The notes under the pieces were generated by a model that saw nothing but the letters and a program-made list of their open reading frames with translations, searched no databases and had not been told where the DNA came from. Positions 30,564 through 39,820 of a stretch of 64,000 nucleotides of DNA are shown here, one piece after another (the stretch's first letter is position 1; each line of letters starts with the position of its first letter). A program made the translations under genes and the position numbers. This DNA is from Anaerolineae bacterium (GTDB lineage: Bacteria; Chloroflexota; Anaerolineae; S140-20): contig JALUTT010000132.1 in the NCBI GenBank assembly GCA_027021705.1, forward strand, positions 26,727 to 90,726, written 5' to 3'.

Positions 30564-32918
30564 TCAAGAAAGGATCGTGTCACCGATGGTCATCCCTCGT
30601 TCGGCCAGCAGCCGGCGCAGCGCCTCCAGGTCGTCCTGGGTGACCAGGGCCAGGGCCTGCTCCGGAGGTGGGTTGAAACGACGCAGGAAGGGACCGACCT
30701 CCGGGTCCTGGAGGAGCTCCTGGAGCGCGGCCTCATCCCGTAGCTGGAGCAGGGTAAGGGACTGCAAAGCGGCGTCGCCGTAGTGATGAGCCCAGGCTTT
30801 GATGCGCACCGTCAGCCGGAAGGGCAGCGGCCCCTGGTGCAGGGTGGACAGTTCCTGGAGGATCGAGGGGGCGTCCAGCCCCTGTTCCAGGGCCTTCTGG
30901 ACCGAGGCCGGCGTGATCCGGTAGTGATGGTCGTCCACCCGCTCGGCGAAGCGGTCCAGCCGCCGGGCCAGGTAGATGCTGGGCGTACGGTGGACCAGGC
31001 GCAGGTTTCCCTCCTCGTCGGCGACCAGGCAGTTTTCTTCCCTCCCCGCCTGCCGGGTCACAGCGGGGAGGACGCCCGCGGTGCCGAAGGCTTCGATGAG
31101 CGCGTCCACCTGCTGAGGATTGACCAGGGCAGCGGTCGGAGCCGGTCGGTGGCGTAACAACTCGGTCAGGTTGGGATGGCGGGAGAGTTGGTCCAGGACC
31201 TCAGGATCGTGGGCGTGCACCAGGGCGACGCGCCGGTAGATGGTGATCCGCTCGTGGAGGGCCTGCCACTCCTGGAGGGAGACGACCACGTTCTGGGGAA
31301 GCTTCCCCCCGGAGATCTCCTCCAGATAGGCGATGATCCGCTGGGCCGACCAACCCCGCTGTTGGCCCCGGTAGACCGACTCCCGGCTCATCCGGTACTC
31401 GATGGCCCGCTCGGCGCTGATCCGATCGGCGAAGATGTCCAGCGTCGCCAGCGTCTGGTCGGAGACCGGGTCCATCGCCAGGATCTGGAAGTTGGGCTGG
31501 ACGATGATCCGCCCCTGCTTCTCCGTGGGGATCTCGACCGGCGGTCCCAGCCCCAGCAACCAGGCCCCCAGCGGGGTCAGCCGGTAGGCGATGGGGGTCT
31601 GCTCGGCGTCCCCGTAGCCCAAGTCCACCAATCCCAGCCAGTGTAGAGGGCCGGTGATCACATTGGTGATGAAGGGCGCTTCTACCAGGTCCCATCCTTC
31701 CTCTTCGGAGGTGACACCCTGGAAGGTCCAGCCCAGGGGATTGCGATGGGCCGCATAAGGGGTCTTGTAGAGCGGCCCGTAGTAGTAGTACGAGTAGTAG
31801 TAACCGGTGGATCGGGCTCGGTAGTCGCGGGGGAGCAGGAACTCATACTCCTCAACCCGGATGGTCTCGACCAGGTTGTTCAAGGGGACCCAGCCCTGAG
31901 CGGAGAGTTTCTGGAGGAACCGGACCACCTGGCGTCGCGCCTGGACAATCGGCTTGGGCGTGGGATAGGGGGGGATGCCGCCGCCCGTGGTGATGGAGAT
32001 GTGGGGCAGGGGCTGATCGTAGAGTTCGTTCCAGAAGTCCCCATCGAGCCACGCCTCGAAGCTGCGGCGCACCCGCTGGGCAGGATCAGCGGCCAGGAAG
32101 TGGGAAGCATCGTTGGCGGTCAGGTCCCGCTGCCCGGTGAGGGAGAGGAGTCCCAGGCCCATCAGCAGGCGGCGCAGGAAGAGCAGGTAGGGAAGGTCTC
32201 GCTCGCTCTGCCCCCTTTGCAGCGTGATGGGCGTCAGCAGGTTGCCCGCCAGGTCCCGGAGCGTCCGTTTGTAGACCTCCTGCTTCACGGTGACCCGGAC
32301 CTGGTGATCCCGGACGTAGCTCCAGTACAGGTAGAGATCGCGCTGCAAGGTGCGGGCCGAGGCCGACTGGACCCGGTCAACGCGGACCGGACGTTGGAGC
32401 AGATCGGGGTCGGGGCTGGGCAGGTATCGGCGGATGGTGGGAGGGATGTATAGGGAAGGGCCGGGCTTCAGAGAACGCTTGAGGACGGTGCGGGTGTATC
32501 CCAGGTCACTGACCAGTCCCTCGGCGCTGAAGACCAGGCCGTGGAGGGTCAGCCGGGCTACCACCGACTCGAAGTCGGTGGCGTTGGGGTCCTGCGGATT
32601 CATCTTCTTCTTGCTCCCGGTGGGAGAGACGATGCCGTGGCTCACCAGCAACCGCCGGAAGGCACTCGTGTTGGCCCTCCCTCCCCGCAGCAACAGGACA
32701 TCCAGGACCTTGCGCTCGACGGGGGAGAGCCGCTCCAGGGCCTCCTGCACGCGCTTCTTGGTGAAGAGCCTCTGCTCCAACTCTCTCACCAGTTCGCGCT
32801 TGTACAGACGCTTCCCCTTTTTGTTCTCCGTGGGGATCCGGTTGAAGCGGGCAATGTCCAGCAGCGTGTGGTAGTTGTAGGCCTCCAGCAGTTGGCGCGG
32901 GGTCTCGCTCATCGTCAT
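30564..32918 (-). CDS. XPB partner protein with two Helicase_C_3 (p52/Tfb2 clutch-like) domains
   Basis: IIVQPNF...YRMSRESV..G..RG.SA..I..YL...LPQNV...LQEW and a second YRITPASV...LP..L...I..W repeat; no helicase motifs. Confidence 0.75.
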   Translation of the reverse strand: MTMSETPRQLLEAYNYHTLLDIARFNRIPTENKKGKRLYKRELVRELEQRLFTKKRVQEALERLSPVERKVLDVLLLRGGRANTSAFRRLLVSHGIVSPTGSKKKMNPQDPNATDFESVVARLTLHGLVFSAEGLVSDLGYTRTVLKRSLKPGPSLYIPPTIRRYLPSPDPDLLQRPVRVDRVQSASARTLQRDLYLYWSYVRDHQVRVTVKQEVYKRTLRDLAGNLLTPITLQRGQSERDLPYLLFLRRLLMGLGLLSLTGQRDLTANDASHFLAADPAQRVRRSFEAWLDGDFWNELYDQPLPHISITTGGGIPPYPTPKPIVQARRQVVRFLQKLSAQGWVPLNNLVETIRVEEYEFLLPRDYRARSTGYYYSYYYYGPLYKTPYAAHRNPLGWTFQGVTSEEEGWDLVEAPFITNVITGPLHWLGLVDLGYGDAEQTPIAYRLTPLGAWLLGLGPPVEIPTEKQGRIIVQPNFQILAMDPVSDQTLATLDIFADRISAERAIEYRMSRESVYRGQQRGWSAQRIIAYLEEISGGKLPQNVVVSLQEWQALHERITIYRRVALVHAHDPEVLDQLSRHPNLTELLRHRPAPTAALVNPQQVDALIEAFGTAGVLPAVTRQAGREENCLVADEEGNLRLVHRTPSIYLARRLDRFAERVDDHHYRITPASVQKALEQGLDAPSILQELSTLHQGPLPFRLTVRIKAWAHHYGDAALQSLTLLQLRDEAALQELLQDPEVGPFLRRFNPPPEQALALVTQDDLEALRRLLAERGMTIGDTILS

Positions 32919-35170
32919 CCGTCGTCGGCCTCCTCAAAGCTCTCGGCCACGCGAGGGGTGTATCCTTTCTCCTGCAACTCTCGGACCAGATCGTCCACCG
33001 CATCGGGCTCGATGGCCACCAGCCGGGGGGAGAACTGGTAGATGATGTGCTGGGCCAGGGAGGTGGCGGCCACCAGTTCGCGGATGGCAAAATCATCGCT
33101 GAGTTCGAGGATGGTCAGGTTGGGATAGAGGTGAACCAGGCCGAAGTTCTCCCACCAGCGGGTCAACATCTCCCGCAGCCCCTCGGGCAGAGGGGCCTGG
33201 CTTCCCTTCTCCAGCAGATCGAGGATCTCTTCCAAGGTGTGGCCGGCTTCGAAAGCCTGCCTGGCTCCCTCGGCGGTCAGGCGATAGTGAAGGCGACCGG
33301 ACCCTGCCTCGACCAACGTCCCCATCGTTGCCAGAAGGTCCAGGAGCCGGATGTCACTGCGCCCGGGATCGAGGGTGACCTGGCCATCCTCGGTGAGGAC
33401 CAGCGTCGGCCCCTCGGGTTTTTTCTCCAGGGCAGGGCTGGGACGCCGGCCCAGCAGGAATGCGCCGAATTCGGTGATCTGGAAGGCAACGATGCCCCGC
33501 TTGTCATAGCCCAGGGAGACGATGCCCAGCCAGTTCAACGGCCCTTCCAACATCGCGGCGATGAAGGCCCCGTAGGTATTGGACCAGTCTCGGCGGTTGT
33601 CAGGGGCATACCGCTTGTGCGTGATCCGAGAGGCCAGCCACCAGGCGTTGGGATCGCCGTAGCGGTGGAGATAGTGGTCATCCAGCTTGCGGACGAAGGC
33701 TAAGAGGTGATCGAGGCCGTACCAGGTCTCCTCCGGCAGCCGCCGTAGAAGGGAGAGCAAGAAGAAGCGCACATCGGCCAACTCCTGGAGCAAATGGGTG
33801 AGGTGGAAGTGGGAGTAGCGGCCAGACCGACGGAGCTCCAGGTGGTTCAAGTGGCGCAGGACCAGGTAGATTTCGCTCCAATGGGTCAGCTCCTCCCAGG
33901 CTACTGTGAGCAGGTAGGTCTGCTCCGAGGGACTCAGGCTCAGGAACCGCTCCATCACCTGGGAGCTGGTCTCGATGGGTTGCCCCGGCTGGAGGGTGAT
34001 GAAGCCAAGGGCGGACATCAGGGCAATGATGAACTCTATCGCCTCCACCGAGGCACCGGTCGCCCGCGCCAATGCCTGCATCTCCTCGTCCTGCAGCGGA
34101 TAGGGCGGGGGGGGAACCGTAAAACTCCGCTGGCTCGCGTGCCAGGAAGCCATACCAGGAGCACGGGACAGGGCTTTCACCTCTGAGCGAAGGTTGAGCC
34201 AGCCCTGCAGGGCGGGAACCTGGTCCTCGATGGGCAGGCGTTCCATCGGGGGACGGGCGACCAGTTGTCGCTCCCGAACGAGTCGCCAGACGAGGTATAG
34301 GGTGCGGGCCAGGGCGAAGGGAGGGGAGTGCTCGATTCGCAGCCCTTTGAGCGAGCCGGTGTAGGGACGAAGCAGATGGGGTGTGGGGGGCAGGAAGGCG
34401 ACGACCGTGGGCAGGACAACGTAGTAGCGATCCCCGCCCTCCTTGTGGGAAAGCACCAGCCCCCACGTCTGAAGGGTCTGGAGGTGGTGACCGGCACCCG
34501 CAGCGATGAGGGGCTCACCTATCTGCTCCAACAGCGCGGCCACCTCTTCCTCCGAGTAGTCCGCTACATCACTCACAAGAGCCAGGATGTCCAGTACTTT
34601 GCGAGGGGCGTCCTCCAACTGCTCGTAGGTCTGGACGATGACCTGGGGACGGCTCAGGTGCTCGGCCAGGGCCTCCACCAAGGGGGCTTTGCGACGGCCT
34701 TTGATGGGAAGCCCGTGACGGCGGGCGATGGCGCGCAGTTGTTGGATGGTCTGAGCCTCAAAGGCTTCCCGCAAAGTGTCCTGCAGCCTCTGCTCGGTGG
34801 CCTCAGGGGAGAGGAACGAGATGGAAAGGGAGGAAGACATCGCCCTCTCGGGTTCCATAGGGATGAAAGTTCGGGGCTCTCGGATCCACGCGATGAGCAG
34901 GGCGCCCATATGGGCGCATAAGCCGTACTGGCCCTCTGGGCAGCTACACATGACGTAGAGGCGCTCGTCCCCCACCCAGGCCTCTGAGGTGACAGGCGTG
35001 CCGGTCTCATCGTCCTCGATGATGCCGGTGATCCTGTCCTCGGTCCGGTAGCGTGCCGCCACGGACCCCCTCTGGTAAAGTTGGAGCGCCTGACGGTAGA
35101 GGCGCTCCCCTAGCGTCTCTCGTATCCTTGCCTCAGTCAAGGCGGACAGCAGGAAGTGGGTGTCGTTCAT
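32915..35170 (-). CDS. SWIM zinc finger + SAP/Rho-N-like + Helicase_C_3 XPB partner protein
   Basis: CSCPEGQYGLCAH (CxC..CxH); TIQQLRAIARRHGL..KAPLV; YRLTAEGARQAFEAG...LPEGL...RW. Confidence 0.75.
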   Translation of the reverse strand: MNDTHFLLSALTEARIRETLGERLYRQALQLYQRGSVAARYRTEDRITGIIEDDETGTPVTSEAWVGDERLYVMCSCPEGQYGLCAHMGALLIAWIREPRTFIPMEPERAMSSSLSISFLSPEATEQRLQDTLREAFEAQTIQQLRAIARRHGLPIKGRRKAPLVEALAEHLSRPQVIVQTYEQLEDAPRKVLDILALVSDVADYSEEEVAALLEQIGEPLIAAGAGHHLQTLQTWGLVLSHKEGGDRYYVVLPTVVAFLPPTPHLLRPYTGSLKGLRIEHSPPFALARTLYLVWRLVRERQLVARPPMERLPIEDQVPALQGWLNLRSEVKALSRAPGMASWHASQRSFTVPPPPYPLQDEEMQALARATGASVEAIEFIIALMSALGFITLQPGQPIETSSQVMERFLSLSPSEQTYLLTVAWEELTHWSEIYLVLRHLNHLELRRSGRYSHFHLTHLLQELADVRFFLLSLLRRLPEETWYGLDHLLAFVRKLDDHYLHRYGDPNAWWLASRITHKRYAPDNRRDWSNTYGAFIAAMLEGPLNWLGIVSLGYDKRGIVAFQITEFGAFLLGRRPSPALEKKPEGPTLVLTEDGQVTLDPGRSDIRLLDLLATMGTLVEAGSGRLHYRLTAEGARQAFEAGHTLEEILDLLEKGSQAPLPEGLREMLTRWWENFGLVHLYPNLTILELSDDFAIRELVAATSLAQHIIYQFSPRLVAIEPDAVDDLVRELQEKGYTPRVAESFEEADDG

Positions 35171-36990
35171 TGGGGCTTCCTATCTCCCCGGGGTAGGGCC
35201 TGTCGCTGACCGGCGGGGGCCGGCAGCGCCACCGGTTCCGCCGGCAGAGCAGGTTCCTTTTCTACCATCTCGCCGGCCAGCACCGCCGGTTTGTAGTCGG
35301 CAACCTGGTAGTCGTAGAGAATGGTGTAGTGGTAGCCCTGTTCCGTCAGGAAGAGTTGGCGGTTGGCCCCGAAGGTCTGGTCTTTGGTGTCCTTGCTAAC
35401 GATGGTGTAGAAGTGAGCCAACAGGCCGTTCTTCTTGGGCCGGAGGATGCGTCCCAGCCGTTGGGCCTCCTCCTGGCGGGAGCCGAAGGTGCCGGAGACC
35501 TGGATCATCACGTTGGCATCGGGGAGGTCCACGGCGAAGTTGCCCACCTTGGAGACGACCAGCACCCGGACCTCACCCTCACGGAACTTCTGGAAGAGCT
35601 CCTGGCGCTTGCGCACCGGCGTCTTGCCGGTGATGAGGGGGAAGTCGTAGCGCTGGGCAATCTCCCGGAGCTGGTCCAGGTACATCCCGATGATGAGGAT
35701 CTGGTCGTCGGGGTGCTTCTTCAGGAGTTGGTCCAGCACCTCCAGCTTGGCCGGGTTCTCGGCAGCGACCCGGTACTTGTCCCGTTCGTCGGATACGGCG
35801 TAGAGGAGCCTCTCCTCGTCGGGCAGGGTGACGCGGATCTCGCAGCACTCGGCCGTCGCGATCCAGCCCTGCTTCTCCAGCACCTTCCAGGGGACGTCGT
35901 ACTTCTTGGGGCCGATGAGGGAGAAGACGTCGGTCTCCCGGCCATCCTCGCGCACCAGGGTAGCGGTGAGGCCCAGCCGACGCCGGGCCTGGAGCTCCGC
36001 CGTGATGCGGAAGACGGGGGCCGGCAGCAGGTGGACCTCGTCGTAGATAATGAGGCCCCAGTTCTCCTCGTTGAAGATGGCAAAATGGGGGAACTCCGGC
36101 TCTCCCGGCTTGCGCTTCCGCCGCCGATAGGTGACGGTCTGATAGGTGGTGATGGTGATGGGGCGGATCTGCTTGCGCAGACCGGTGTACTCGCCGATCT
36201 GCTCCTCCGTCAGCGTCGTCTTGTCCAGCAGCTCTTCGATCCACTGCCGGGCGGCGACGGTGCTGGGCGTGAGGATGAGGGTGGCGGTCTGCAGGTCCTC
36301 GATCACCTTCATCCCCACCATCGTCTTGCCCGCCCCGCAGGGCAGGACGATGACCCCGCTGCCGCCCTGGGGGCCACCGCCGGCGTAGAAGACCTCGGCC
36401 GCTTCCAACTGGTAGGGGCGCAGGCGGAAGGGCTTGCCGGAGCGGGTGATGGGGCGCAGGTGGATCTCCAGAGGTGCGCCGGTGATGTAGCCGGCCAGGT
36501 CCTCGGCCGGGTAGCCGATCTCCACCAGCGCCTGCTTGATGTGGCCCCGGCGGGCCGGGTCCACCAACAGCGTATAGGGGTTGGGTTGGCCCAGGATGTA
36601 GGGCTGGAGCTTCTTGTGGCGGGCCAACTCGGTGATCAGAGCGATGTCGTCGGAGACGAGCTGCAACCGCCCCTCGTCATCCCGCACCAGCTTGACCCGC
36701 CCGTAGCGGGAGATGTAGTCGGCGATGTCCACCCGCACGTTGTCGGGGATGGGGTACTTGGCGTAGCGGTCCAGCCCCTCCAGGATCTCCTCGGCGGTCA
36801 TGCCGGCCGAGGCAGCGTTCCAGAGAGAGAGCGGGGTGATCCGGTAGGTGTGCACGTACTCCGGCGACTTCTCCAGCTCCGCAAAGCGGGCCAGGATGTC
36901 CCGGGCGGCCTCATAGAAGGGGTTATCTACTTCCAACAGGACGGTCTTATCCGACTGGACGATCAGCGGATTCTGGGGGTTGTAGGACAT
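35167..36990 (-). CDS. XPB/Ssl2/Rad25-family SF2 DNA helicase
   Basis: PLIVQSDKTVLLE N-terminal domain, LPCGAGKT, DEVH, LGLTATL, QRLGRILR. Confidence 0.93.
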   Translation of the reverse strand: MSYNPQNPLIVQSDKTVLLEVDNPFYEAARDILARFAELEKSPEYVHTYRITPLSLWNAASAGMTAEEILEGLDRYAKYPIPDNVRVDIADYISRYGRVKLVRDDEGRLQLVSDDIALITELARHKKLQPYILGQPNPYTLLVDPARRGHIKQALVEIGYPAEDLAGYITGAPLEIHLRPITRSGKPFRLRPYQLEAAEVFYAGGGPQGGSGVIVLPCGAGKTMVGMKVIEDLQTATLILTPSTVAARQWIEELLDKTTLTEEQIGEYTGLRKQIRPITITTYQTVTYRRRKRKPGEPEFPHFAIFNEENWGLIIYDEVHLLPAPVFRITAELQARRRLGLTATLVREDGRETDVFSLIGPKKYDVPWKVLEKQGWIATAECCEIRVTLPDEERLLYAVSDERDKYRVAAENPAKLEVLDQLLKKHPDDQILIIGMYLDQLREIAQRYDFPLITGKTPVRKRQELFQKFREGEVRVLVVSKVGNFAVDLPDANVMIQVSGTFGSRQEEAQRLGRILRPKKNGLLAHFYTIVSKDTKDQTFGANRQLFLTEQGYHYTILYDYQVADYKPAVLAGEMVEKEPALPAEPVALPAPAGQRQALPRGDRKPQ

Positions 36991-37042
36991 CTCGCTTCAA
37001 TACTCCTGGCTCACGAAGGTCTCTGGCAACAGGCATCACGGT

Positions 37043-37071
37043 ATTGTACCTTAAGGAGAAGGGTTTGTCAA
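37043..37071 (-). promoter_or_regulatory. Near-consensus sigma70 promoter of the XPB operon
   Basis: Minus strand TTGACA-17 nt-TACAAT. Confidence 0.7.
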
Positions 37072-37086
37072 AATTTCGGCTCCCTT

Positions 37087-37181
37087 CCCTCCCGCAGGTC
37101 CTCCCCACGGCCTGAAGCGCCTCGTAGGTCGCCTCCGGCAAGCCGTAGCTATCGCCGGGCACCGCGTGACCTGCGGGAGGG
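37087..37181 (-). repeat. REP-like palindromic element, family B copy 1 (95 bp)
   Basis: CCCTCCCGCAGGT...ACCTGCGGGAGGG arms; reverse complement aligns end-to-end with 42236-42330. Confidence 0.8.
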
Positions 37182-37188
37182 TGGCATC

Positions 37189-38184
37189 TCAGGGGGGCGT
37201 GGGGGTGCTGGGGGGCTGCTGGGCGACGAAGACCATCTGCCAGGAGGCGAAGGGCGGGGTATCGGCGGGGCAACGTTCCACCACCAGGTTGGTGACCAAA
37301 ACGGCCGAGGCCTCTCCCACGCTCACAGCGTAGACCTGCCCCGGCGTCATCTCGAAGTCGGCGTAGCCCGCTCCCTCCTCCGGCTTGAGGCCGGTGACGA
37401 AGCGGTCGGCTCCCCCTTCCCAGCTCACCCAGATGGGCACGCCGGGCAGCCCCTTCCCCTTCTCATCTTGAACGATCACCTTCAGAAGCGGTCGGGGTTG
37501 GTCGGCCTGACAGAGGCGTTCCACGGCCTCCAGCCGGTAGGGGAGGGCCGGGTCCGGCGTGGGCAGGGGCGTCGGGGTCGGCGTTGGGGTCGGCGTCATC
37601 GTCGGCGTGGCCGTCAGTGTGGCCGTGACGGTGAGGGTTCCCGTGGGCAGGAGCGTCACCGTCGCCGTCACCGTTCCGGTAAGCCCAGGTGTAGCGGTAG
37701 GGGTGAGGGTGGGCGTCGCTGTGGCCGTGGGGGAGGGCGTCGGCGTATCCGTTGGCGTTGCGGTGAGCGTCGGGGTAGCCGTGGCCGTGGGGATCGGCGT
37801 GGGCGTCGGCGAGGGGGGGCTCAGGTAGAGCAACAGGCTGGGAGTGCGCACTCCCAGGGCGTCGGCCAGTTGGGCCAGGGGGCGGATTTGGCCACCGGGG
37901 CGGCCTTCGTTGACGTAACGTTGGGCCAAGGTTGCCACCGTCTGACCGATCTGCGGATCCTGCAGTCCTTCTAGACGGGCGACCGCTCGATCGAGGTCCC
38001 CATCCATCGCGTAGTTGATGGCCACCAGGTTGATCCAGAGTTCCTTGTAGGCAGGATGCAGGTCTACGGGATCGGCGTTGATGTAGCGGACGGGATCTAT
38101 GCCCCAACTGTAGGCCAGGCCGGCGGCCAGCCCTAGCGCGATGCCGAGGACGAGAGCACCTAGGGTGCGGAGGGGAGATCGCAT
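37189..38184 (-). CDS. Membrane-anchored hypothetical protein with long Pro/Thr linker
   Basis: N-terminal TM helix, (PT/AT)n linker, C-terminal beta-rich domain. Confidence 0.8.
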   Translation of the reverse strand: MRSPLRTLGALVLGIALGLAAGLAYSWGIDPVRYINADPVDLHPAYKELWINLVAINYAMDGDLDRAVARLEGLQDPQIGQTVATLAQRYVNEGRPGGQIRPLAQLADALGVRTPSLLLYLSPPSPTPTPIPTATATPTLTATPTDTPTPSPTATATPTLTPTATPGLTGTVTATVTLLPTGTLTVTATLTATPTMTPTPTPTPTPLPTPDPALPYRLEAVERLCQADQPRPLLKVIVQDEKGKGLPGVPIWVSWEGGADRFVTGLKPEEGAGYADFEMTPGQVYAVSVGEASAVLVTNLVVERCPADTPPFASWQMVFVAQQPPSTPTPP

Positions 38185-38186
38185 CG

Positions 38187-38642
38187 TCAACCCTCCCCCT
38201 CGCCGGAAGGCCCCTCTGCAGGCCCCTCCAGGTAGGGAGCCATCACGGGCGTCGCCACGCCCAGATCGCGGGCCAGTCGGACCAGCGGGGTGATGACGTC
38301 GGCGGGCCGGTCCTGGGCGATGGCCTGTTCCGTAACCTGAACCAGGAAGGCCGGGCCGGCGCCGGGGGCCACCAGGTCCAGTTGCTGCCGGGCTTGCTCC
38401 AGGTCTCCGTCGCGGGCGTAGGCCCCGCCGACCATCACCACGTACTCCCAGCGGTAATCATCCCGCAGGTCGAAGAGGTCGGTGTTGGTGTAGCGGACAG
38501 GCCAGGCGACCCAGCCGATCCAGAGGCCCAGCCCCAGGCCCAGCAGGAGGCCCAGGGGGAAGAGAAAACGGAACCGCAGAAATCGCCGCTCTGATGGCGC
38601 GGGCGGGAAATCGTCTTGGTCCAAGGGGGTGTAGAGGTCCAC
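38187..38642 (-). CDS. Membrane hypothetical protein, paralogous to the N-terminal domain of the downstream gene
   Basis: GL.LGL..GW..WPVRY.N.D..DL...Y...Y..DGDL..A...L pattern shared; GTG start after GGGAGAGG. Confidence 0.72.
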   Translation of the reverse strand: MDLYTPLDQDDFPPAPSERRFLRFRFLFPLGLLLGLGLGLWIGWVAWPVRYTNTDLFDLRDDYRWEYVVMVGGAYARDGDLEQARQQLDLVAPGAGPAFLVQVTEQAIAQDRPADVITPLVRLARDLGVATPVMAPYLEGPAEGPSGEGEG

Positions 38643-38679
38643 AGCCTGCCTCTCCCAAAGCGCGTAGACGCTTGCGGTG

Positions 38680-38714
38680 AAAAGAGAGGGGGCTGCCCTG
38701 GTGGCACAGCCCCC
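38680..38714 (-). terminator. Intrinsic terminator after tRNA-Leu
   Basis: GGGGGCTG...CAGCCCCC stem followed by TCTCTTTT on the minus strand. Confidence 0.6.
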
Positions 38715-38717
38715 AAT

Positions 38718-38803
38718 TGGTGCCGGAGGTGGGAATCGAACCCACATGGGCCAAGCCCACGCGATTTTGAGTCGCGCGCGTCTGCCTGTTCCGCCACTCC
38801 GGC
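38718..38803 (-). tRNA. tRNA-Leu(CAA)
   Basis: GCCGGAGTGGCGGAACAGGCAGACGCGCGCGACTCAAAATCGCGT...GGTTCGATTCCCACCTCCGGCACCA; long variable arm, encoded CCA. Confidence 0.97.
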
Positions 38804-38812
38804 ACTGTTAAA

Positions 38813-38841
38813 AGTATACCCCAAAAGTCCGGGAGCGTCAA
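38813..38841 (-). promoter_or_regulatory. sigma70 promoter of tRNA-Leu
   Basis: Minus strand TTGACG-17 nt-TATACT, about 9 nt before the tRNA 5' end. Confidence 0.7.
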
Positions 38842-38912
38842 CCTCCGGATACCCTGTTGACGGCCAGGGAGGGCTTGTAGGTCGTTACCTCTCAACCTGG
38901 TGCGGCTTGGAC

Positions 38913-38941
38913 TGGACGGAAAGGGACGATTGGGCTATAAT
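38913..38941 (+). promoter_or_regulatory. Putative sigma70 promoter upstream of UDG
   Basis: TGGACG-17 nt-TATAAT. Confidence 0.5.
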
Positions 38942-39077
38942 AATCCCGCTTTTCCCCAACTTGAGCCACCATCCACGCCGATCCTGAACGTTTTCGCTTT
39001 CCACATATCGTTGGAGTGCCCTCTCCTCGACATTTCAGGCGCTTTTCGGTTCTCTGCAAAGCTAAGGAAGGACAAGT

Positions 39078-39686
39078 ATGTCTGAACTGGAAACGCTGGC
39101 CGAGCAGATTCGGAGGTGTACGCTCTGCCCTTTGCACAAAGGGCGCACCCAGGCGGTGCCCGGCGAGGGACCGGAGGATGCGGAGATCGTCTTCATCGGT
39201 GAAGCCCCTGGCTTTCACGAGGACCGGCAAGGACGCCCCTTCGTGGGAGCTTCGGGGCAGTTTCTAGACGAGCTCCTGCAACACATTGGCCTGGATCGAG
39301 CCAAAGTGTACATCACTAACGTCATCAAGTGTCGTCCCCCGGGCAATCGGGATCCTCTCCCAGAGGAGATCGAAGCCTGCCGCCCCTATCTGGACCGGCA
39401 GCTTGAGATCATCCGCCCCAAGATGGTGGTCACCCTGGGCCGGTTCTCGATGGCCCGATACTTCCCCAACGCTCGCATCTCCCAGATCCACGGCAAGCCG
39501 AAGAAGATCGGTGGAGTGCTCTACTACCCGATGTACCATCCTGCTGCAGCGCTGCACCAGCCGAGCTTGCGCCGCACAGTGGAAGAGGATATGAAGCGCA
39601 TTCCTGAGTTGCTAGCTCGGATGGACCAGATTGAGGAGCAGGAGGAGAGGCCGGTGGAGCAGGCGGAGCAGCTGAGCCTATTCTGA
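39078..39686 (+). CDS. Uracil-DNA glycosylase family 4
   Basis: CTLC, GEAPG, GRPFVG, NVIKCRPPGNRDP, YHPAA. Confidence 0.93.
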   Translation: MSELETLAEQIRRCTLCPLHKGRTQAVPGEGPEDAEIVFIGEAPGFHEDRQGRPFVGASGQFLDELLQHIGLDRAKVYITNVIKCRPPGNRDPLPEEIEACRPYLDRQLEIIRPKMVVTLGRFSMARYFPNARISQIHGKPKKIGGVLYYPMYHPAAALHQPSLRRTVEEDMKRIPELLARMDQIEEQEERPVEQAEQLSLF

Positions 39687-39820
39687 CCCTTGGCTATGTT
39701 CTCGCCGTTCTCTATTGGGGGGTTCCACGAGCCGTCTTGGAATTCGAAAGGCTCCGGGGAGGAAGGGTGACCTTCCCTCTCGCTTTCGATCCTTATGAGT
39801 AAGGAGGCTGGGTGCACGCA

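Noticed and set aside
36991..37086. LexA box upstream of the XPB operon
   Set aside because: No GAAC-N4-GTTC-like site is visible
35329..37974. 881-aa plus-strand ORF and similar long shadow ORFs (e.g. 6332-7888, 10151-12481, 10713-12215, 21082-22656)
   Set aside because: Antisense or alternate-frame to well-supported genes; typical high-GC artefacts with no recognisable motifs
38680..38803. Integrative element at tRNA-Leu
   Set aside because: No integrase and no duplicated tRNA 3' end seen; a terminator follows directly
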